DNA of 64,000 nucleotides. It comes from Myxococcales bacterium (GTDB lineage Bacteria > Myxococcota_A > UBA9042). Below the pieces are notes generated by a model. That model saw only the letters and a program-made list of their open reading frames with translations. It was not told the origin of the DNA and made no database searches. Made by a program: the position numbers and the translations under genes. The stretch spans positions 10,256-74,255 of the forward strand of contig JBBISH010000015.1 of the NCBI GenBank assembly GCA_037441385.1. The letters run 5' to 3'. Positions 57,054 through 64,000 of the stretch are shown in pieces; positions within the stretch are counted from its first letter, which is position 1, and each line of letters opens with the position of its first letter.

Positions 57054-59297
57054 GTGGTGGCACTCAGACGGTCTCTGCCCAAAAACCTGTTTTGTCACGC
57101 TATCGTCACAGCAACTTGCGCGTGCGCCGCCCTGCTGACCCAGGGCTGCGGTGCAACAGCTGGGCCGGCGGCGGTCGATGTCAAGATCGTCGACGGCGAG
57201 GGATCGAGCGATGCCAGCGCAGACGTCGGCGCGGGGGACGGTGCGGATCTCGGCAGCGCCGCCGAGGTCGCCGGCAACGCGGATAGCGCCACCATCCCGG
57301 ACGCAGCCCCCGACGTGGCTGTGGCGGACGGGGCCATCGACGCGGTCGCCGACGCCGCCCCAGGTGACGACGCCGCAGACGCCACAGCGGACGGCGACGG
57401 TGCGTTGGGCGCAGACGCCCCAGCCGCAGACACGGCAAGCCCGATCGCGGTGGGCGGCAACTCGCCGGCGCAGTTTGGCGGCAGCCTGACCACCTGGAAC
57501 CTGCTGCCCGCTGCCGCCGTGGTGGCGGTGGGCAAGCCGCCCTTCAAGCCGGGGCAACCGCCCAATCCCTATCCGAATTATTCGGCGGCGCTCATCGACG
57601 ATCTGACCGGCGACGGCGTGGTCGATGTGCTGCTGTTCGCGCAGTCCGGCGACGCACGCGTGGTGACCGGGCCGGTGGGCCCCAGCGCGAGCGTCGCCAA
57701 GCTAGAAGGCAAGGCGAACCTGGATCCCCGCGTCCATTCGGCGGCGCTGTGGATGCGCCCGGATGGCACCCGCTATGCGCTTTTGGCGGGCTCGCAACTG
57801 CACGCCTGGCGGTGGACAGGGAGCAACTGGGTCGACGAGGGCGCCGATTTCGGCGTGCCCGAAGCGGGCTCCAATGCGCGCCACTGCGTGGGCACCGTGG
57901 ATCTGGACAACGATGGCCTGCTGGACCTGCTGGAATGCCGCTACCAATGCGACCCGGGCGCCGCCCACCGCACGTGGCTGGACCGCGGCGACGGGCTGCT
58001 GGTCGACGAAACGAGCAGTTTGGGCCTGATCGGTAGCGGCGCGGCTTGGAACGCGGGCGCGTTCGATCTGCACGACGACGGCCTGCTCGACATCGCCTGG
58101 ATGCACGACGGCTGCGCCAACCCCAACAACACTCAGGCCTTGTACGAGAACAAGGGACGCGACGCCAACGGGCACGTCCTGTTCGAGCGGGTGCAGCCGA
58201 ACCCCCTGTTCGACTTCCCCAAGGCGCCGATGCCGTATACGTCGCCGATGGGCTGCGACAATGCCGACTTTGACGGCGACGGCCACCTGGATTTGGCGAT
58301 CGCCAACGTGGGCCTGATCTATCCGCTGGAAACGGCGATGAAATACTTGATGACCGAGGATCCGGACATCCCCCGCTTGGCCGAAAACAACTTGCTGCTG
58401 CAAAAGGGCGACGGCAGCTTGGTCGACGCGGGCCTCCAGGCCGGGCTGAAGTCGCTGGTAGACCCCCAAAAGGGCTTGGACATTACGGTTTGGGGCATCG
58501 GCGCGTGGGATTTCGATCGCGACGGTTGGGTCGACCTGGCCTATGCCGCGGCCCCGGACGCCGACTCGTACGAGAACCAGTTGCGCGGGCCGATGCGGCC
58601 GCTAGTGATGCGAAATCAGGGCAATGCCACGTTCGTCTCGGTCAGCGACAGCCTGAACATGCCGCAGCCCGAGCTGGCGAACACGCTCGCCCTGGGCGAT
58701 CTGGACGGCGACGGGGATCAAGACTGGGTGCTGGGTCAGCTGGCTTCACCGCCGATCGTGCTGCAAAATCAAATCACTACGCCCTTTCACGAGCTTCGCG
58801 TGCAGCTGCGCGGCCGGCTGAGCAACCCCTTGGGCGTGGGCGCGCGCATCACGGTCACGGTGGGCAAGGTGGCCCGTACGCGCTTGCATGGCACCACCGG
58901 GACGTTTGCCACGCACCACCAGATGCTGAGCGCGTTTGGCCTGGGGAGCGCGACGTCGGCGCAGGTGCAGGTGCGCTGGCCGTCGGGGCGGGTGCAGGAT
59001 CTGGGCATGGTCCCAGCCGACCAGACGCTGCAGGTCGAAGAGGCGGATACCCTGCAACTCTCTGCGCGGACAGGTAAAGTTGGCAGCACGTTTGACGTCG
59101 AGCTGAGCCTGGGCGCCCAGCCGCAGGTCGAACTGGTGCCTCCGGGGGTGCTGGCGTGGGCGACGCCGCCGCAGTGCGACACCGCCCTGAAATGCAAGGG
59201 CAAGCTGGTTGCGCAAAAAGTTGGGACGGGCTATCTGAAGCTCGCCGTCGCCGGCCAAGTGTTGGCGGTGTGGCCCAAACTGACCGTGCTTCCGTAA
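57054..59297 (+). CDS. CRTAC1 family lipoprotein (FG-GAP repeats + ASPIC/UnbV domain)
   Basis: Repeated D.DNDG.LD motifs; SPMG; L.VQLRG..SN..GVGARITV; FGLG......VQVRWPSG. Start is uncertain. Confidence 0.85.
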   Translation: MVALRRSLPKNLFCHAIVTATCACAALLTQGCGATAGPAAVDVKIVDGEGSSDASADVGAGDGADLGSAAEVAGNADSATIPDAAPDVAVADGAIDAVADAAPGDDAADATADGDGALGADAPAADTASPIAVGGNSPAQFGGSLTTWNLLPAAAVVAVGKPPFKPGQPPNPYPNYSAALIDDLTGDGVVDVLLFAQSGDARVVTGPVGPSASVAKLEGKANLDPRVHSAALWMRPDGTRYALLAGSQLHAWRWTGSNWVDEGADFGVPEAGSNARHCVGTVDLDNDGLLDLLECRYQCDPGAAHRTWLDRGDGLLVDETSSLGLIGSGAAWNAGAFDLHDDGLLDIAWMHDGCANPNNTQALYENKGRDANGHVLFERVQPNPLFDFPKAPMPYTSPMGCDNADFDGDGHLDLAIANVGLIYPLETAMKYLMTEDPDIPRLAENNLLLQKGDGSLVDAGLQAGLKSLVDPQKGLDITVWGIGAWDFDRDGWVDLAYAAAPDADSYENQLRGPMRPLVMRNQGNATFVSVSDSLNMPQPELANTLALGDLDGDGDQDWVLGQLASPPIVLQNQITTPFHELRVQLRGRLSNPLGVGARITVTVGKVARTRLHGTTGTFATHHQMLSAFGLGSATSAQVQVRWPSGRVQDLGMVPADQTLQVEEADTLQLSARTGKVGSTFDVELSLGAQPQVELVPPGVLAWATPPQCDTALKCKGKLVAQKVGTGYLKLAVAGQVLAVWPKLTVLP

Positions 59298-59321
59298 CCC
59301 ACGACCCACACAAGGAAACTC

Positions 59322-60494
59322 ATGTCGCAGGATTTTGCTCACGCCGTCACGGACGGGCAGGGCCGGCCGCAGCTGCGCGTCCCCGGCGGCTTGGTGGTGG
59401 CGCACACGCACTTGTACTCGGCGCTGGCGCGGGGCATGCCGCCCGCGACCCCGGCGCCCAGCAATTTTCTAGAGATTTTGCAGCGGGTTTGGTGGCGTCT
59501 GGACCGCGCACTGGATCGCAACAGCCTGGCGGCCTCGGCGCGCTGGGGTCTGGCCGAGGCGGTGGGGCGCGGCGCGACCTGCGTGATCGATCACCACGAA
59601 TCGCCTGGATTCATCGATGGTTCGCTGGACGTGATCGCCGATGCGATGCAGGAACAGGGTGTCCGCGGCGTGGTGACCTACGGCATCACCGCCCGCAATT
59701 TCGGGGCGGCCGAGTGGCGGGCGGGACTGGCCGAGAACATCCGATTCCTAAAGACCAATCGCCGACCGCTGGTGCGCGGACTGGTGGGCATCCACGCGGC
59801 TTTTACGGTGCCGGATGAGGCGCTGCGCGAAGCGGCCCAAGTGGCGCGGGATTTTGGCGTGGGCTTGCACGTGCATGTGGCCGAAGACGCGCTGGATCGC
59901 GACGCTTTGCCGCGCTTGGCGGCGGCCGACGCCCTGGTGCCGGGGTCGGTGTTTGGCCACGGCGTGCACGCCCAGCCCGACGAGGTGCGGCTGGCCGCAG
60001 AGCGCGGCGTGTGGTGGGTGCACAACCCGCGGTCCAACGCCATGAATCGCGTAGGTTATGCCGAGCTGGGCGCGGCGGGCGGCCAAGTGGCCCTGGGCAC
60101 CGATGGCATGGACGGCGACATGCTGGCCGAGGCGCGCGCGGCCATGCAACTGAGCAGCGCGACCGGGCATTCGCTGGACCCGCTGGGGCGGCTGCGCGCC
60201 AACCAGGCTTTGGCAAAGCGCTTGTTCGGGGTGGCCGCGGACAGCGACCTGGGCGATGCCACGGTGTTCGACTACGCCGCGCCCACGCCGCTGCACGCCG
60301 GCAACCTGACCGGCCACCTGCTGTTCGGTCACCCGCGCGTCAGCGGCGTGCAGGTCGATGGCCGGTGGCTGACCTTGGAACATAGCGAGCTTGCATCCAA
60401 AGTTCGCCCAGAGGCCGAGCGATTGTGGTCGATCATGGTCGGCCTGCAGGCCGAGCCCGAGCATGGCCTTTTGCTGCAGCGCCTGCAAAGCTAG
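59322..60494 (+). CDS. SsnA-like metal-dependent amidohydrolase
   Basis: AHTHLYSALARG; FLEIL..VWWRLDRALD; G.T.VIDHHESP..IDGSLD; G.HA.FT; HVHVAED; HNPRSNAMNRVGY; LGTDG. Confidence 0.88.
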   Translation: MSQDFAHAVTDGQGRPQLRVPGGLVVAHTHLYSALARGMPPATPAPSNFLEILQRVWWRLDRALDRNSLAASARWGLAEAVGRGATCVIDHHESPGFIDGSLDVIADAMQEQGVRGVVTYGITARNFGAAEWRAGLAENIRFLKTNRRPLVRGLVGIHAAFTVPDEALREAAQVARDFGVGLHVHVAEDALDRDALPRLAAADALVPGSVFGHGVHAQPDEVRLAAERGVWWVHNPRSNAMNRVGYAELGAAGGQVALGTDGMDGDMLAEARAAMQLSSATGHSLDPLGRLRANQALAKRLFGVAADSDLGDATVFDYAAPTPLHAGNLTGHLLFGHPRVSGVQVDGRWLTLEHSELASKVRPEAERLWSIMVGLQAEPEHGLLLQRLQS

Positions 60495-60527
60495 CGATCG
60501 CCGGACGGGCACCGCGAGGATCAGCAC

Positions 60528-62459
60528 ATGGCAGAACTGCGACCGATTGGTTTGGGCGATCTCCTGGGCCGCCTGCAGCGCGAGTGGCACCAGCGCGGTG
60601 GTGCTGGTGGCCAGCGGCTGTTCGACATGGAAGGCAGCGACTTTTGGCGCGGTTCGCCGCTGGATCTGGGCGTCGCCGTCCACGGCCAGCGGGCAAGTAC
60701 GCCGGTGGGGCCGGCCGCGGGTCCGCACAGCCAGTTGGCGCAAAACATCGCGATGGCTTGGTTGGCCGGGTCGCGCATCGTCGAGCTCAAGACGGTCCAG
60801 ATCAACGATCAGCTCGTTATTCCGCGCCCTTGTATCGACGTGCAGACGATCGGCTTCAACGTAGAGTGGTCGCAAGAGCTGCGCCTGGAGCAATCGGCGC
60901 TGGAGTACGCCAAGGCCTGGGTGCTGGTGCACGCGCTGGCGGCCTGGAACCCGCTTGGGCTCAAAACCAGCGAGCTGGACACGGTTTTTGATCTGTCGGT
61001 GGGCTATTCGCTGGCCGGTGTGCAAAGTGAGCGGGTGGCGCGGTGGATCGACGGGTTGCGCGATGGCCGGTTGCTCATCGACGAGGCCAAACGGCAGGTC
61101 ACCCGCGAATACGCCCACTTGGTCGACGTGCCGGTGCCGAACTGTGTGAGCCGAACCCTGACACTGTCGACGTTCCACGGCTGCCCGGCCGACGAGATCG
61201 AGAAGATCGCCGAGCATTTGCTGGTCGCCCACGACCTGGACGTGGTGCTCAAGCTCAACCCCACGCTGCTGGGGCACGATTTTGTCGCGCACACGCTGAA
61301 CGACGTGCTGGGCTACAAAGAGTTGCGGGTGCGGCCCGACGATTTTGCCCACGATCTGCAGTGGCCGGACGCGCTGGCGCTGATCGGTCGGCTGCGCGGC
61401 GTCGCCAAGCGGCAGGGCCGCGCCCTGGGCGTCAAGGTGAGCAACACGCTGGTCGTCGAAAATCACAAGGATTTCTTCCCCAAGACCGAAAAGGTGATGT
61501 ACCTGTCCGGCCAACCACTGCACGTGCTGACCAGCGAACTGGGCGCGCGGGTGGATGCGGCGCTGAACCACGAGGTGCCGCTGTCGTTCTCGGCCGGCGT
61601 GGACGCGGTCAATTTTGCCGACGTGGTGGCGTGCGGCTTTGTGCCGGTGACCGTGTGCACCGACCTGCTGCGCCCGGGGGGCTATGGCCGTTTGCCCAAG
61701 TACCTCGCGCGCTTGCAAAGCGACATGGAGAAGTTGGGCGTGACCGACGTGCCGGCGTACGTCGCCGCCAAGGACTCCGGCAAGCCCGGACAATTCTTGC
61801 AGGACTACGCCAAGCGTGTGCCTGGTGAGCCCCGCTATGCGGCGGCCAAGAACTCGGCGATTCCGCGGCGGTTGAGCAAGGATCTCCAATACTTCGACTG
61901 TGTCGACTGCGGCAAGTGCGTGCCGGTGTGCCCCAACGGCGCCAATTTCGCGCTGAAGGTGACGCCGCGGCACTTGGCAGGCGACGTGCTGGTGGTGCAG
62001 GCGGGCGGCCAGGTGGCGGTTGAAGCGGGACCTGCGCAAGTACTGGCATCGGCTCGGCAATTCTTGAACTTTGCCGACGCGTGCAACGAGTGCGGCAACT
62101 GCGACGTGTTTTGCCCCGAGGTCGGCGGCCCGTACCGCGTCAAGCCGCGCTTCTTCAGCAGCGAGGCGAGCTTGCACGAGTCCCCGCACCTGGACGGGCT
62201 GTGGGCTCAGTCGGCCACGGCGGCGATCGGACGCATCGACGGGCATCAGGTGCAAGTCCGGCGCGAGGGCACGCAACTGCTTGTGGACGATGGACAAATT
62301 CAAGCACGGCTGGACGCCGTGACCGGCGCGGTGCTGTCGGCCAGTTGCACGGATGCCGCGGCCATCGGTCATCGGCTGCCGGCCTGGCGGGCGGCGGCGC
62401 TGGGCCTGCTGCTCGACTTGGCGTTGCAAGAGCCCACCTCGGTGCAAGTCCCCGAGTAG
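60528..62459 (+). CDS. YgfK-like oxidoreductase (DHOD-like N-domain + 2x[4Fe-4S] C-domain), short form
   Basis: GPAAGPHSQLAQNI..AWLAGSR..ELKTVQ; IPRPCID; NVEWSQEL; TLSTFHGCP..EIE; KLNPTLLG; MYLSG; CVDCGKCVPVCPN; CNECGNCDVFCP. Confidence 0.85.
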   Translation: MAELRPIGLGDLLGRLQREWHQRGGAGGQRLFDMEGSDFWRGSPLDLGVAVHGQRASTPVGPAAGPHSQLAQNIAMAWLAGSRIVELKTVQINDQLVIPRPCIDVQTIGFNVEWSQELRLEQSALEYAKAWVLVHALAAWNPLGLKTSELDTVFDLSVGYSLAGVQSERVARWIDGLRDGRLLIDEAKRQVTREYAHLVDVPVPNCVSRTLTLSTFHGCPADEIEKIAEHLLVAHDLDVVLKLNPTLLGHDFVAHTLNDVLGYKELRVRPDDFAHDLQWPDALALIGRLRGVAKRQGRALGVKVSNTLVVENHKDFFPKTEKVMYLSGQPLHVLTSELGARVDAALNHEVPLSFSAGVDAVNFADVVACGFVPVTVCTDLLRPGGYGRLPKYLARLQSDMEKLGVTDVPAYVAAKDSGKPGQFLQDYAKRVPGEPRYAAAKNSAIPRRLSKDLQYFDCVDCGKCVPVCPNGANFALKVTPRHLAGDVLVVQAGGQVAVEAGPAQVLASARQFLNFADACNECGNCDVFCPEVGGPYRVKPRFFSSEASLHESPHLDGLWAQSATAAIGRIDGHQVQVRREGTQLLVDDGQIQARLDAVTGAVLSASCTDAAAIGHRLPAWRAAALGLLLDLALQEPTSVQVPE

Positions 62460-62549
62460 CCGACACTTCATTGGCAGTTGGCGACGGCGGACGGCAGTGC
62501 TAGGATGGCCCGGCGGCCGCAGGGTCCGCGCGTTCGTTCAAGGAGTGGC

Positions 62550-63059
62550 ATGGTCCGGCTTCGCACTTTGACTACCCGGTTGACGGTCCTGGCGGTTCTG
62601 GCCGGCGCGTGGCTGCTGCTCGCGGGCTTCCGGCCCTTCTCGCCGATCCAGACGGTGTGCCCGAACTGCCCGGAAAAGGGCGACAAAGTTGTATTGCCCG
62701 ACGGCCGCATCTTGGTCGCCAACGTCATCGCCAAGAATCAGGATGGCTGGGTGATCGAGCGCTACGGCGAGTTGCGGTTCGTCCAGTTCGCCGAAGTCAA
62801 GAAGGTGGAGTGGGCGGCAGGCGCCGAGCCGCGCGGCCTGGACGGCTACGACCAGATTCTGCTGAAGAACAAAGAGCAAACGGTGCTGCACGGCACGCTC
62901 ATCCAGGTCGAGCCTGGCAAGCCGATGGCGCTGCGCAGCCCGCGCGGCAACGTCTATACCGTCATCAGCTCGGCCGCCCTGCTCTACTACCAGCGCGGCC
63001 AGCGCCGGGCTCCGCCCAAGGACCCAGGAGCGCCCGAAGCGCCGCACGCCGCCCCGTAA
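62550..63059 (+). CDS. Hypothetical exported protein
   Basis: SD AAGGAG; N-terminal hydrophobic segment; CPNC; two D.(V/I).L..G-like beta modules. Confidence 0.7.
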   Translation: MVRLRTLTTRLTVLAVLAGAWLLLAGFRPFSPIQTVCPNCPEKGDKVVLPDGRILVANVIAKNQDGWVIERYGELRFVQFAEVKKVEWAAGAEPRGLDGYDQILLKNKEQTVLHGTLIQVEPGKPMALRSPRGNVYTVISSAALLYYQRGQRRAPPKDPGAPEAPHAAP

Positions 63060-63081
63060 GCGCGCAAAGTTCAAGACATGG

Positions 63082-63213
63082 TACCGGTCCCGTCCGAATC
63101 GGATCGAAAACTCCGGCAATTCTCAGGGCCCGAACCGGGGTCCCCGCCTGATTCTCGCCAGTTGCACAGCGGGACAGAAGAAGCGTGAAGGCGTGAATCA
63201 GGTGGGGTGCGTA
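63082..63213 (+). repeat. Dispersed repeat family II, copy E (terminal TA overlaps the coaX ATG)
   Basis: By my count 72/88 ungapped identities between 63079-63166 and 1964-2051. The 3' end AGGCGTGAATCAGGTGGGGTGCGTA matches copy A AGGCGCGAACCAGGTGGGGTTCGTA. Confidence 0.85.
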
Positions 63214-63995
63214 TGAAAGACCTGCTTTTGACAGTGGATGTTGGCAACACCAACACCGTGCTCGGCGTCTACCGCGGCGCCGAGCTGCTGGACCATTTCC
63301 GCCTCGAGAGTCGGCGCGGCATGACCACCGACGAAGCGATGGTGCTGGTCGGCCAGCTGATGCACCACAAGGGCTACGACACGCGCGACCTGGGCGCGGC
63401 GGTAGTCGGCTCGGTAGTGCCTCAACTGACAACGGTTTTTGCCGACGTCTGCAGCCGCGCACTGGGTCACCCAGCGCTGGTGGTGGGCCCAGGCACCCGC
63501 ACCGGCATGCCGATCTTGGTCGACAATCCCAAGGAAGTGGGCGCCGACCGCATCGTCAACGCCATCGCCGCCTACGCGATCTACAAGGGCCCGTGCATCG
63601 TGGTGGATTTTGGCACAGCCACCACCTTTGACGTGGTCAACGCCAAGGGTCAGTACCTGGGCGGCGTCATCGTGCCGGGCATCGGCATCAGCGCCGACGC
63701 CCTGTTCGCCCGGGCCGCCAAGCTGCCGCGCGTCGAGATCACCTTGCCACCCAGCGTGATCGGCCGCACAACCGTCCAGGCCATCCAATCGGGCTTAGTC
63801 TACGGCTACGTGGGCCTGGTCGACGGGCTGTGCACGCGGCTGCGCCAGGCCATGGGCGTCCCCGATGCGCCGGTCTGCGCGACGGGCGGGCTCGCCGGGC
63901 TGATTGGCGCAGAGAGCGCCTGCATCGGCGATGTGCTTGAATTCCTTACGCTCGACGGCCTGCGCATGGTGTGGGAGCGCAACCGCGATGAGTAG
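63213..63995 (+). CDS. coaX: Type III pantothenate kinase
   Basis: LLTVDVGNTNT; SVVP; NPKEVGADRIVNA; VVDFGTATTFD; YLGG.I.PG; AAKLP; ATGG; LTLDGL. Confidence 0.96.
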   Translation: MKDLLLTVDVGNTNTVLGVYRGAELLDHFRLESRRGMTTDEAMVLVGQLMHHKGYDTRDLGAAVVGSVVPQLTTVFADVCSRALGHPALVVGPGTRTGMPILVDNPKEVGADRIVNAIAAYAIYKGPCIVVDFGTATTFDVVNAKGQYLGGVIVPGIGISADALFARAAKLPRVEITLPPSVIGRTTVQAIQSGLVYGYVGLVDGLCTRLRQAMGVPDAPVCATGGLAGLIGAESACIGDVLEFLTLDGLRMVWERNRDE

Positions 63996-64000
63996 CGATC

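Noticed and set aside
60528..62459. Selenoprotein or selenate reductase
   Set aside because: No in-frame TGA in the ORF; the 'selenate reductase' label of YgfK is a legacy annotation not supported by anything here.
1..64000. tRNA/rRNA genes, prophage, transposase, defence systems
   Set aside because: No cloverleaf or T-loop pattern in the intergenic gaps I inspected, and no integrase, transposase, capsid or nuclease motifs recognised; tRNAscan-SE/Infernal would be needed to exclude small RNAs.

Overview
High-GC bacterial chromosomal segment with Myxococcota-like hallmarks: a Pkn-type Ser/Thr kinase, two MYXO-CTERM-type proteins, a DUF2330 protein and large Cys-rich secreted proteins. The taxonomy is inferred from gene content only. 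About 35 CDSs are supportable. They include housekeeping or metabolic genes (yacG, tatB/tatC, HIT, CCA-adding enzyme, feoA/feoB, fur, ftcD, gltB, eutB, gshB, RlmD-like methyltransferase, coaX, ssnA/ygfK-like pair), an ECF sigma/anti-sigma pair and many envelope or secreted proteins. I could not recognise any rRNA, tRNA, CRISPR array, transposase or integrase. The most unusual signals are non-coding. (i) Three tandem ~156-bp CTAG-bounded inverted-repeat elements exactly fill the gap between two convergent TAG stop codons. (ii) A second, ~125-135-bp TA-bounded repeat family is present about 5 times; in several places it appears to form the whole 5' leader of a gene. (iii) Four genes have a -10 hexamer 6-7 nt before the ATG, which suggests leaderless mRNAs. 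Unusual proteins include TatC fused to a ~380-aa extra domain, a matrixin-like protein with the catalytic Glu replaced by His, a triple-DsbA protein, an orphan EutB next to GltB, and a YgfK-like protein lacking its central domain. All calls come from manual motif recognition; no database searches were run.
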